A stretch of 64,000 bases of DNA, taken from Calditrichales bacterium (lineage in GTDB: Bacteria; Calditrichota; Calditrichia; Calditrichales; J004). The stretch is taken from the NCBI GenBank assembly GCA_965267575.1, contig OZ254086.1, forward strand, positions 4,416,001 through 4,480,000, read 5' to 3'. A model generated the notes under the pieces. That model made no database searches. It had not been told where the DNA came from and saw only the letters and a program-made list of their open reading frames with translations. Below are positions 30,399 through 39,778 of this stretch, piece after piece (within the stretch, counting starts at the first letter, position 1; each line of letters starts with the position of its first letter). Both the position numbers and the translations under genes were made by a program.

Positions 30399-33134
30399 AT
30401 GACCGCTAAAAACTTTCAGGAAGCAAATTTCGAAAAAATTCAATCTGACCTGGAATTTCTGATGGGCTGTTTCAGGGAGATGCTTGAAGAACTGGGCGAG
30501 GAAGAGCTTGCCCGTCATCTGCCCTGGCCGGAGAATGAGAACGAATCGGAAATGGAGATCCACCCGCAGCGTACGGCGCAGGCCTATTCCATTGCTTTTC
30601 AACTGCTGAACATGGTGGAAGAAAACGCGTCCGTGCAAATGCGTCGCGAGATCGAGGAGCAGGGAAACCTGGCCGAGGTATCCGGGCTGTGGGAGCAAAA
30701 CCTGGAGCGCCTGAAAAAACTGGGACTTTCCGGCAGGCAAATCGCCGAAAACCTGTATAAAATCCGCGTGGAGCCGGTGCTGACCGCGCACCCCACGGAG
30801 GCCAAGCGCGCCACCGTGCTTGAACACCACCGCCGCCTTTACCTGCTGCTTGTAAAACGGGAAAACCAGATCTGGACGACCTCTGAGCAAAGCGGTATTC
30901 GCGAAGAGATCAAGGGCGAACTGGAGCGCCTGTGGCGTACCGGCGAAATATATCTTGAAAAACCGGATGTCGCTTCCGAGCGGCGCAATATCATCTACTA
31001 CCTGCGCAATGCCTTTCCGCAGGTGCTGCCGGAACTGGAACGGCGTCTGCGCCACGCCTGGCAGTCGGCCGGGTTTGAGGCAAAGCTGCTGGACGATCCG
31101 GCACGACTGCCGCGACTCTCTTTCGGCAACTGGGTTGGTGGCGACCGCGACGGGCACCCGCTGGTAACGGCGGATGTAACCCGCCAAACGCTGGCCGAGC
31201 TGCGCCGGGCGGCGCTGCAATTGGTGGCTCAGCAACTGACCGATCTGGCGGTCAAAATCAGCTTGTCCGATCACCTGCAGGCTGCGCCGCGGGAACTTAA
31301 CGATTACCTCAAAAACAAAGAGCGTCTGCTTGGCCCAAAAGGCGAACAAGCCATCCAGCGCAATCCCGACGAGCCCTGGCGACAAACCGTTAACCTGATG
31401 CTGGCGCAATTGCCGCCGGACAACGCGGCTGATTCCGCGGAAGTTTACCGTTCCGCCGGCGAATTGCTGGAAGACCTGGATATGCTGCGCCGCGACCTGC
31501 TGCAGGTAAAAGCCGGGCGTATTGTCAGCATGGATGTGGACCCGGTAATACGATCCGTGCAAACGTTTCGTTTTCACCTGGCGTCGCTGGATATCCGTCA
31601 AAACAGCCGCTTTCATGATCAGGCCGTGGGTCAGCTTATGGCCGTTTCCGGTCTGCATGCCGCTGATTTTGAAAATTGGACTGAAGCGCAACGTGTCGAT
31701 TTTTTAAACCTCGAGCTGGCCTCGCCGCGCCCCTTTACCCGCCCCGATATGAAGCTGGAGGCACAGGCCGACGCGGTACTCAGCTGCTATCGCGTGGTTA
31801 CGGAACACATTGACCTTCATGGTACGGATGGGCTCGGCGCGCTGATCGTTAGCATGACACGCAGCCTCTCGGATTTGCTGGTGGTTTACCTGTTGGCGCG
31901 CGAAGTAGGCCTGGCGTCGCACAGCGAAGAGGGCATGGTCTGTCAACTGCCGGTGGTACCGCTGTTCGAAACAATCGATGATTTGCAGCAGGCGCCGCAC
32001 ATACTGGATGCCTTCCTGTCGCACCCGATGACGCAGCGCAGCCTGGCACTGCAAAAGGAGAGACAGGGACTGGACCGTCCCGTGCAGCAGGTGATGGTCG
32101 GTTATAGCGACAGCAACAAGGACGGCGGCATCTTTGCCAGCCTGTGGAGCCTGTACCGCGCCCAGGAAGCGCTTACGCAAATTGGTGAAAAACACAAGGT
32201 ACGGATTCGCTTTTTCCATGGGCGCGGGGGCACCATAAGCCGCGGCGCCGGACCCACGCATCGCTTTATTAACGCCCTGCCCCACGGGTCGCTTGCCGGC
32301 GATTTGCGTCTAACCGAGCAGGGTGAAACAATCGCCCAGAAATATGCCAACCGCCTGAATGCCGCGTACAACCTGGAGCTGCTAATGGCCGGCGTAACGG
32401 GCGCCACCCTGCGCCACCAATTCGGCAAAAAGGAAGTCAATCCGCTGGAAGGGGTTATGGACAAGCTGGCCGACAAAAGCCGCGAGACCTATGAGAATCT
32501 GCTAAAAACGGATGGCTTTGTCGCCTTTTTCCGCCAGGCTACGCCGATTGACGCCATCGAGTCCAGCCGCATCGGATCGAGGCCGGCGCGACGCACGGGG
32601 CAGCAAACCATCGCCGACCTGCGCGCCATACCGTGGGTATTCAGCTGGGGCCAGGCGCGCTTTTACATTTCGGGATGGTACGGTGTCGGCACTGCCCTGA
32701 AATGGCTTAATGAAAACGATCCTGACAATTTTAAAAAAGTTTGCAGGGAGAATTTTACCTGGTCGCCTCTGCACTATATCATCAGCAACGCCGCCACCAG
32801 TATCGCCACGGCCGATAAGGAAATTATGCGTCAATATGCCGCCATGGTGGAAGATGATGCCCTGCGCGGGCGCGTCATGAAGTTGATCGAAAGTGAATAC
32901 GATCGAACCCGCGAGATGCTGGAAAAGATTTACGATGGTCCGCTGTCGAAAAAGCGCCCCAACGTGCACAACATCCTCTCTTTACGCCAGCAGGGGCTGG
33001 TTAAACTGCACCGCCAGCAGATAGCATTGTTGCGTCAATGGCGCGACAGCTCGGAGGCCAAAAAACAGAAGCTGCTGCCGCAACTGCTTTTGACGGTCAA
33101 TGCTATCGCCGGCGGTTTGCGTACGACGGGTTAG
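30399..33134 (+). CDS. ppc: Phosphoenolpyruvate carboxylase
   Basis: VLTAHPTE, GGDRDG, VPLFET, QVMVGYSDSNKDGG, FFHGRGGTISRG, LRAIPWVFSW, C-terminal GLRTTG. Confidence 0.97.
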   Translation: MTAKNFQEANFEKIQSDLEFLMGCFREMLEELGEEELARHLPWPENENESEMEIHPQRTAQAYSIAFQLLNMVEENASVQMRREIEEQGNLAEVSGLWEQNLERLKKLGLSGRQIAENLYKIRVEPVLTAHPTEAKRATVLEHHRRLYLLLVKRENQIWTTSEQSGIREEIKGELERLWRTGEIYLEKPDVASERRNIIYYLRNAFPQVLPELERRLRHAWQSAGFEAKLLDDPARLPRLSFGNWVGGDRDGHPLVTADVTRQTLAELRRAALQLVAQQLTDLAVKISLSDHLQAAPRELNDYLKNKERLLGPKGEQAIQRNPDEPWRQTVNLMLAQLPPDNAADSAEVYRSAGELLEDLDMLRRDLLQVKAGRIVSMDVDPVIRSVQTFRFHLASLDIRQNSRFHDQAVGQLMAVSGLHAADFENWTEAQRVDFLNLELASPRPFTRPDMKLEAQADAVLSCYRVVTEHIDLHGTDGLGALIVSMTRSLSDLLVVYLLAREVGLASHSEEGMVCQLPVVPLFETIDDLQQAPHILDAFLSHPMTQRSLALQKERQGLDRPVQQVMVGYSDSNKDGGIFASLWSLYRAQEALTQIGEKHKVRIRFFHGRGGTISRGAGPTHRFINALPHGSLAGDLRLTEQGETIAQKYANRLNAAYNLELLMAGVTGATLRHQFGKKEVNPLEGVMDKLADKSRETYENLLKTDGFVAFFRQATPIDAIESSRIGSRPARRTGQQTIADLRAIPWVFSWGQARFYISGWYGVGTALKWLNENDPDNFKKVCRENFTWSPLHYIISNAATSIATADKEIMRQYAAMVEDDALRGRVMKLIESEYDRTREMLEKIYDGPLSKKRPNVHNILSLRQQGLVKLHRQQIALLRQWRDSSEAKKQKLLPQLLLTVNAIAGGLRTTG

Positions 33135-33251
33135 GAGCAACTGAAAAAAACTTTTGTACCCACTCCGGTTGCAAATAGTGTATATTGAGCCGCGAACATT
33201 CCCGCAAAACAGCTCGGTTCGCACTTCACTTAAATTAGGGAGGAGATGGAC

Positions 33252-33374
33252 ATGGGCGACAAAGGCAAGAAAGACCAGGACAAGAAGAAACGGCAAAAAG
33301 ACAAGAAGCAGGCAACCGAAGATAAATTGAAGAAAGAGAAACAGGAGAAGAATAAGACTTTCGGGATGAAATGA
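33252..33374 (+). CDS. Small lysine-rich protein (40 aa), not in the ORF track
   Basis: GGAGGAG RBS; MGDKGKKDQDKKKRQKDKKQATEDKLKKEKQEKNKTFGMK; downstream terminator. Confidence 0.65.
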   Translation: MGDKGKKDQDKKKRQKDKKQATEDKLKKEKQEKNKTFGMK

Positions 33375-33406
33375 ACGGGCGTCTTAAATAGAAATAGCAT
33401 TTACCG

Positions 33407-33431
33407 AAGGCGGGATTTTCCCGCCTTTTTT
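33407..33431 (+). terminator. Rho-independent terminator
   Basis: AAGGCGGGA-TTT-TCCCGCCTT followed by a T tract. Confidence 0.8.
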
Positions 33432-33579
33432 GTTTTAAACAAACAGCTCTTCCGGACTCTTTTCCGGTACTTTTCTGAGGCAGTTTCAATTTGTATCTTC
33501 TTTGACAGGCCCCGCATGGACAAAAAGCAATAAGACGGTTATTACCTGCAATCTTCATAGCCGTCTTTGAGGAGGCCGA

Positions 33580-34239
33580 ATGCAGATTCCTTTCTCAACC
33601 GAACAATTTTTAGACGTTATTAAGTTCTATAACGAAGCTTTTTTTCCGATCCAGATTCTCTTCAACATACTTGCCTTTTGGTGCGTTTATCTTCTTTTCA
33701 CGGACTCTCACATTAAAAGAAAAACACTTTTGGGCTATTTATCATTTTTGTGGTTATGGATGGGAATTGCCTACCATCTGACCTTTTTCACATCCATAAA
33801 CAATGCCGCCTATCTTTTTGGGGCCTTATTTATTTTACAGGGCATCCTTTTGGGATATTATGCTTTTGCGGGTAGAGAAATAACTTTCAGATTTCAAAAA
33901 ACGTGGTATAACGTTGCGGGGATTCTTTTTCTGTTTTATGCTTTGATAGCCTATCCGATACTGGGACATAATCTGGGTCATGCTTATCCTTATTCGCCGA
34001 CTTTCGGACTGCCTTGCCCGACCACAATCTTTACGTTTGGACTGTTTTTATTTGCAAAAAATAAAGTGCCGACCGGATTATTGATTATTCCGCTTATTTG
34101 GTCAATTATCGGGTTTGGCGCCGCGCTAAATTTTACGATTTATGAAGATACGGGTTTGCTTGTTGCCGGGGTGGTTGGCACAGCAATTATTATCATTAAG
34201 AATTACAGGGCATCTAAAAAAACCGTAATAGCCGGATGA
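33580..34239 (+). CDS. DUF6064-like membrane protein
   Basis: IPFSTEQF, WLWMGIAYH, FGLPCPTTIFTFG, EDTGLL. Confidence 0.75.
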   Translation: MQIPFSTEQFLDVIKFYNEAFFPIQILFNILAFWCVYLLFTDSHIKRKTLLGYLSFLWLWMGIAYHLTFFTSINNAAYLFGALFILQGILLGYYAFAGREITFRFQKTWYNVAGILFLFYALIAYPILGHNLGHAYPYSPTFGLPCPTTIFTFGLFLFAKNKVPTGLLIIPLIWSIIGFGAALNFTIYEDTGLLVAGVVGTAIIIIKNYRASKKTVIAG

Positions 34240-34371
34240 TGTTAAATCAATTTGAATAAATCTTTGCCCCGGGTCTGGCAGCCCGGGCCTTCTTTTCTAT
34301 TTTTACCTGAGATGCTACTTTTCATTTTCCGCATTAATATATATTTTCGTTTTTAAGAAAGAAAAATAGCT

Positions 34372-35208
34372 ATGCTCAATCTCGGAAAAATAAACCGCCT
34401 GACCGTAAAGCGCGCTACGCGGCACGGGGCCTACCTTGAGGATGCCGAAGGCAATGAAGTGCTGCTGCCGGTAAAATACGTCGCCGATGATCTGCGGCTG
34501 GAAGATACGATCGATGTCTTCCTGTTTACCGATTCGGAAGACCGGGTTACGGCCACAACGCAAAAGCCGCTGGCGCAGCGCGATGAATTTGCTTACCTGA
34601 AAGTGAAAGATACCAGCCGCCACGGCGCCTTTTTGGACTGGGGCCTGGAGAAAGACCTGTTTGTACCCTTTAAAGAACAGGCACGCAAAATGCGCCGCGG
34701 CGAATCGCACCTGGTTTACGTTTACCTTGATGAGCAGAGCGACCGCCTGGCCGCCAGCAGCCGCGTGCGCCGTTTCCTGGAAAACGAGCAGATCGACCTG
34801 GAGCCTGGCGAAAAAGTAGACCTGCTGGCCTGGGAAAAAAGCGACCTGGGTATGAATGTGATCATCAACAACCGCTATGGCGGCCTGATCTTTGAAGAAG
34901 ACCTGCATCAAAATATCCGGCCCGGGGAAAAACTAAGCGGTTACATCAAAAACATTCGTCCTGATAAAAAAATAGACGTGGTTCTGCAAAAGCCAGGCCC
35001 GGAGGCCGTGGAGCCCAACGCCGCGCGCATCCTGCTGAAAATACGCCAGAACAAGGGCTATTTACCGCTGCACGACAGAAGTGATCCCGAAGAGATTAAG
35101 CGTGTTCTGCAATTGAGTAAGAAGGCTTTTAAAAAAGCCATCGGGGTTTTGTACCGCAAAGAGCTGATACGCATTGAAGAGGATGGATTGTATTTGAATG
35201 AGGTATGA
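34372..35208 (+). CDS. cvfB: CvfB/YitL family S1-domain RNA-binding protein
   Basis: GAFLDWGLEKDLFVP, DSEDR..ATT, SKKAFKKAIGVLY. Confidence 0.9.
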   Translation: MLNLGKINRLTVKRATRHGAYLEDAEGNEVLLPVKYVADDLRLEDTIDVFLFTDSEDRVTATTQKPLAQRDEFAYLKVKDTSRHGAFLDWGLEKDLFVPFKEQARKMRRGESHLVYVYLDEQSDRLAASSRVRRFLENEQIDLEPGEKVDLLAWEKSDLGMNVIINNRYGGLIFEEDLHQNIRPGEKLSGYIKNIRPDKKIDVVLQKPGPEAVEPNAARILLKIRQNKGYLPLHDRSDPEEIKRVLQLSKKAFKKAIGVLYRKELIRIEEDGLYLNEV

Positions 35209-35271
35209 TAACTACCTGCTAAAAGCTCTACCCTAAACAATGATTGTACTATCTCGCAAGGAGATTATACT

Positions 35272-36474
35272 ATGTACAAATATTATTTATCGTGCTTAGC
35301 ATCCGTTTGGCTATCTTTAACAATAGCCATTCCTGCATACGCCCAAGATGAAGTTGTTGAAAACGTTAATGAATTCGCTTTTAAGCTTTATTCTTCAATA
35401 TCACAGACACAAAATGGCAATGTGGTTTTTTCACCTTTTAGTATCTCTTCGGCCTTTAGCTTACTTTATCCGGGAGCACAAGGTACAACGGCAGAAGAAA
35501 TTGAGAAGGCATTTGGTATTGATGATGATGATAGAGATTTTCATTTGGACTTGAGTGACCTCCAAGATGGATTAAGCAGCTATGCGAAAAAAGATGGCGA
35601 CCTGGAATTATCATTGGCCAGCGCAGTGTGGATAAAACCAGAATTTCAATTATTGCCTTCCTACATCGAAAACATGAATGCTATTTATAATAATTCCATT
35701 TTTAAATTAAAAGATGCACAGACTATCAATACCTGGGCTTCTGAGAATACTAAAGAGAAAATCAAAAGTATTGTAAACCCAAAAGACATTCAAAACTCGT
35801 TGGTCGTATTAACCAGCGCCATTTATTTTAAGGGTTTGTGGAAATATGAGTTTAAAGATAAAGATACTAAAGAGAATAAGTTTACACTGCTAAATCACGA
35901 AAACGTCGATGCTATGTTCATGCAAAATGCTGCAACTTACAAATACGCAAGCAACAAAGAGTTTCAGGTATTGGAAATGCCTTACAAAGGCGGAGAACTT
36001 GTTTTGGACATAGTCCTTCCCAGGTCTGTTTCTGACTTTAAGGAAATGGAAAAGAATTTAACCTTCAAAAAATTTAATAATATCCTATCCGACTTAAAAG
36101 AACAGAATGTCTTGGTATATCTTCCAAAATTCGAAATCGAACGGGAAATCTCAATGAACAGCCATTTACAATCACTTGGTATAACCTATGCCTTTTTTCC
36201 AGGCTATGCCGATTTTAGAGCAATGTATGAAGATAAAGGAGAGAACCTGTTTGTAAGGTCCGTTTTGCAAAAAGCCATTATCGAGGTTAATGAAAAAGGC
36301 ACAGAGGCCGCCGCAGTAACAGCAGTTATAATGGACAGGTTTATTAGTGATGATTGGGAACCAAAAAAAATTATATTTAAAGCTGACCATCCTTTTATTT
36401 ATATACTCAGAGACGCAAGAAGCGGCGCAATCTTATTTATGGGAAGAGTCTTAGACCCAACCCTGAAGATATGA
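35272..36474 (+). CDS. Serpin (secreted serine protease inhibitor)
   Basis: NVVFSPFSIS, IYFKGLW, LPKF, hinge EKGTEAAAVT, FKADHPF, LFMGRV. Confidence 0.95.
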   Translation: MYKYYLSCLASVWLSLTIAIPAYAQDEVVENVNEFAFKLYSSISQTQNGNVVFSPFSISSAFSLLYPGAQGTTAEEIEKAFGIDDDDRDFHLDLSDLQDGLSSYAKKDGDLELSLASAVWIKPEFQLLPSYIENMNAIYNNSIFKLKDAQTINTWASENTKEKIKSIVNPKDIQNSLVVLTSAIYFKGLWKYEFKDKDTKENKFTLLNHENVDAMFMQNAATYKYASNKEFQVLEMPYKGGELVLDIVLPRSVSDFKEMEKNLTFKKFNNILSDLKEQNVLVYLPKFEIEREISMNSHLQSLGITYAFFPGYADFRAMYEDKGENLFVRSVLQKAIIEVNEKGTEAAAVTAVIMDRFISDDWEPKKIIFKADHPFIYILRDARSGAILFMGRVLDPTLKI

Positions 36475-36567
36475 GGAATTAGAATCATTTATCTCCAGCA
36501 CGAAAAGAAAATCACAACGAGATAATACTTATGCCAGAAGTTCCGCTTTAAAATTAATTGTTCGGAT

Positions 36568-36855
36568 ATGAAAAACCTTAGAGAACCCTTAAAGATCATA
36601 AACTATTATCTTAATGCAAACGCCTATATGCGTTTGCCAAATGAAAACCGCCGAAAAACGGACAAGCAAAAATATAAAAAGGGCTATGAGATACGATTTG
36701 TGGCAAAGTCCGATGCTGAATGTCGTGAAATAGCACATGCTTTGGAAGAATGCGGATTTAACCCCGGAAAGCCTTTTAAAAAGGGCACGCAAATTATTGT
36801 GCCGCTTTATGGAAGAGAAGCGCTTATTAAGCTAAAAGAACTGCTGGAACTATAA
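36568..36855 (+). CDS. Hypothetical protein, possible degenerate LAGLIDADG-like fold
   Basis: 95-aa ORF; pattern YEIRF..ALEECGF..VPLYGREAL. Confidence 0.55.
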   Translation: MKNLREPLKIINYYLNANAYMRLPNENRRKTDKQKYKKGYEIRFVAKSDAECREIAHALEECGFNPGKPFKKGTQIIVPLYGREALIKLKELLEL

Positions 36856-36986
36856 ATCAGATCTATGCGGGACCGGATTATTTGTGGGGAATTAAACATA
36901 AAATAGGATTTATTATTGTTTTCAGGTTTTTCTTTTCCAAAATTCGCCGAGAAACATTCGCAGACCAGAATTAAGGAGAAACAGCC

Positions 36987-37370
36987 ATGCCCTACAAAAC
37001 CAAGTGGGAGCCCAACGGCATTATCTGGGAGTTTTATGATTATGTCACGGCCCAGGAAATCTCCATGGCCAATGATGAATTTTACGGCGATGAACGCAGC
37101 GACCGTACCCGCTTCCAGATCATCGATGCGTCGCGCGTTACCGGCGTGGAGTGGGAAGAACGCAATATCCGGGAAGCTGCCGCTTACGACCTCGGGGCGG
37201 AAACCCTACTCAAAAACATCAAAGTAGCCTATGTGGCTACGGATGATGAGATAATCGACAAGCTGGAAAAATATATCGATATCTCAAAACGGCTTAACTC
37301 CAGCTGGAAATTCAAAGGCTTTGGCGATATGGAAAGCGCGCGGGAGTGGGTCAGTTCAAGGAATGCTTAA
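36987..37370 (+). CDS. Hypothetical protein (STAS/SEC14-like)
   Basis: AAGGAG RBS; IIDASRV, KVAYVA, F..MESAREWV. Confidence 0.65.
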   Translation: MPYKTKWEPNGIIWEFYDYVTAQEISMANDEFYGDERSDRTRFQIIDASRVTGVEWEERNIREAAAYDLGAETLLKNIKVAYVATDDEIIDKLEKYIDISKRLNSSWKFKGFGDMESAREWVSSRNA

Positions 37371-37445
37371 CGATAGCTGTCAGCGTAGCGCCGAAATTGT
37401 GGCCACTGCTAAATTATCTTATTTTGAGAGCTAAACGGAGGACAT

Positions 37446-37646
37446 ATGAAATCTATAAAAAAGAAATATATAGTTGATGAAAACAACAAGACGGTAGCCG
37501 TTCAACTCGACATTGAAACATTTAATAAAATTGAAGAGGCGTTGGAAAACTACGCCCTCTATAAGCTTATAAACGAGAACGATGATGAGGACAAACTCAG
37601 TCTGTCAGATGCCCACGAATACTATAAAAAGATGAAGAAATCTTGA
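37446..37646 (+). CDS. Type II antitoxin (putative RelB-like)
   Basis: YIVDENNKTVAVQLDIETF; acidic C-terminus; stop overlaps the toxin start. Confidence 0.75.
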   Translation: MKSIKKKYIVDENNKTVAVQLDIETFNKIEEALENYALYKLINENDDEDKLSLSDAHEYYKKMKKS

Positions 37647-37909
37647 AGGTTGTTTATAGAAAGAAGTTTTTAAAAGAGCTTGCTAAAATCCCTTTACAAA
37701 CCCGCGAGAAGATTGAAGAATACGTATTTAATAACGTTCCCCTAGCAACATCGGTTATTGAATTGAAAAAAATCGAAAGGCTTAAGGGATATCCTGCCTA
37801 CTATAAAATCAGATTTGGAAATTATCGTGTTGGTCTAAAGCAAGAAGGTGATGAGTTGATTTTTGAGAGAGTGTTGCATCGAAGAGACATTTATAAATAT
37901 TATCCATAG
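37643..37909 (+). CDS. RelE/ParE family type II toxin
   Basis: KKFLKEL, LKGY..YKIRFGNYRVG, VLHRRDIY. Confidence 0.9.
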   Translation: MKVVYRKKFLKELAKIPLQTREKIEEYVFNNVPLATSVIELKKIERLKGYPAYYKIRFGNYRVGLKQEGDELIFERVLHRRDIYKYYP

Positions 37910-37960
37910 TAAGACATGCAATATGGTCGATTATTCAATTTCGTCATCTCAAGGAACACA

Positions 37961-38407
37961 ATGAACAATACGTCACACACCCTTGGCCGCAAGCTGCTGC
38001 GCTACGGCATGCTGCTTTTTCTGCTTGGTTTGTTAACGGGCTTCGCCATCCCGGCTATGGAAAACCCGCGCATGGGTCTTTCCAGTCACCTGGAAGGTAC
38101 GCTGAATGGTATGCTGCTTGTCCTGCTCGGCCTGGTCTGGCCCAAATTGCAGCTTGCTGAAAAAACCCTAAAATGGGCTTACGGATTGGCTTTATTCGGT
38201 ACATTCGTCAACTGGGCCACCACCTTTGTTGCCGCCGCCTGGGGTGCAGGAGCGGAGATGATGCCAATTGCCGGCGGAGAATTTAGCGGCGCTGTCTGGC
38301 AGGAAAATATCATCCGCTTTGGATTAATCTCTTTGTCACTGGCTATCGTTGCCGTATCGGTAATCGTTTTATGGGGCTTGCGCGGCAATAATGTTGAAAT
38401 TAATTAA
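37961..38407 (+). CDS. Four-TM membrane protein, StyC (styrene-oxide isomerase)-like
   Basis: GMLLFLLGLLTG, NPRMGLSSHLEGTLNG, NW..AAAWG. Confidence 0.6.
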   Translation: MNNTSHTLGRKLLRYGMLLFLLGLLTGFAIPAMENPRMGLSSHLEGTLNGMLLVLLGLVWPKLQLAEKTLKWAYGLALFGTFVNWATTFVAAAWGAGAEMMPIAGGEFSGAVWQENIIRFGLISLSLAIVAVSVIVLWGLRGNNVEIN

Positions 38408-38495
38408 TTTCTGTTGTCATATTTAGATTGCCTTCTTTGTCCCTGCTCCGTATTATTTTAACGTCATCAGGCTATCCTAATTAACGGAGTCTAAA

Positions 38496-38972
38496 ATGTC
38501 CCTTAAATTAAAATCCATTCTCTTCGCGCTGGTGCTTTTGTCGCTTTCTGTTACGGCCTGCCTGCCGACCTATGTTAACACCATGCGCTTGTACGGCCGC
38601 GAAAACGGTCGCATCCTGCACCTGGAACTTTCCGAGCCGGAAGCCAACCAGGGCGTGATCTACATGGCCAAAGAGCAGCCGGATTCGATCCCTGAATACT
38701 ATGAAGGCGAATACCATATTTACGGCGCGCGGCGTTTCCCAAGGCAGATAGACAAATTTTACAATAGTTCCATTGCCGAAGAGTATGGCTTTGGTAAGCA
38801 ATCCGGCGCCGAACCTGTAGGCACGGCCATCCTGGTTGGCGATGAGGGCACGATGATCGACATTGTTTTCTACAAGGTGGACAATTCGAAGAAAAACGGC
38901 AGCGGCATCGCCCGCGACAATCATGGCAATACCTATCGCGTCTTCCTGAAAATGGAGCGCCATTTTGATTAA
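38496..38972 (+). CDS. Hypothetical lipoprotein
   Basis: Lipobox VTAC; GSGIARDNHGNTYRV. Confidence 0.7.
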   Translation: MSLKLKSILFALVLLSLSVTACLPTYVNTMRLYGRENGRILHLELSEPEANQGVIYMAKEQPDSIPEYYEGEYHIYGARRFPRQIDKFYNSSIAEEYGFGKQSGAEPVGTAILVGDEGTMIDIVFYKVDNSKKNGSGIARDNHGNTYRVFLKMERHFD

Positions 38973-39043
38973 TCCGCTTTCGCGCTTATGTTCCGGCGTT
39001 TGCCTGGAGTCTGTATTCAAAACACAATACGGGAATTTCAATC

Positions 39044-39721
39044 ATGTTTCTTACCAATAGCTTTACCCGCCCGACCTTAGTATTTGTATTTTCCCTGTTT
39101 GTTGCCCACTCCTGCTATGCCCAAAATATCACACCGCCAGGAACGGTTGTCTCCTTCGATATCCGGATAAACGGGACCACCCTGGAAGAAACCATTCTGG
39201 TCGAATCCATTCAAACTTCGGTTTCAGTCGATCAACCGGGACAGGCACTGTTGCGCATTGTGCCCGATGACATTCTTGTTGAGCCGGATTTCAGGACGCC
39301 CAAAAAAATGCCGTTGGGTGCCAACATCGACATACGCGCCGGATATGATGACAATAAACTGACCCCGCTTTTTAGCGGCACGATTGAATCGCAGCGCCTG
39401 TTTAGCAGCGACGGCGCGCAGGCCGGCCTTATATTTGAGATTGTCTGCAAGACCTCTTCCGGGCAACCGGGTCCGTCCACAGATGATTACCAACTGACAC
39501 TTGGCGTTGATTTTGGAGAATTCGATCTAAGCAAAAATGACAGCACGGTTCACGGTACAGTATCTTTAGCGGGCACGGCGCAGATTATGCCCGGATCGAC
39601 GGTGCAACTTAAAGACTTAAGCGCCGTTTTTAGCGGCAGCTACAATGTGGCGGGCGTAAAGCATCTCATTAAAAACGGGCAATGGAAGAGTGAGATTACA
39701 TTGAATAATCGCGCCAAATAA
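39044..39721 (+). CDS. Exported miniature VgrG/Afp8 (gp27 hub)-like protein
   Basis: Signal peptide; FDIRINGTTL, LGANIDIRAGY..LFSGTI, GTVSLAGTAQIMPGSTVQL..FSGSYNVAGVKHLI. Confidence 0.6.
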   Translation: MFLTNSFTRPTLVFVFSLFVAHSCYAQNITPPGTVVSFDIRINGTTLEETILVESIQTSVSVDQPGQALLRIVPDDILVEPDFRTPKKMPLGANIDIRAGYDDNKLTPLFSGTIESQRLFSSDGAQAGLIFEIVCKTSSGQPGPSTDDYQLTLGVDFGEFDLSKNDSTVHGTVSLAGTAQIMPGSTVQLKDLSAVFSGSYNVAGVKHLIKNGQWKSEITLNNRAK

Positions 39722-39778
39722 TTCAAAGGTGGAAATTCACCTTTATCGAATAGGCGACTAAATAGGTATGGAGTAATC

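Noticed and set aside
30372..31691. 439-aa antisense ORF over ppc (likewise 20515-21582, 62057-62992 and 12170-12931)
   Set aside because: These are shadow ORFs opposite well-supported genes, with no recognisable motifs.
37365..37400. GCTTAAC at a stop codon resembling an attC R'' box
   Set aside because: There is no matching L' or R' arm downstream.
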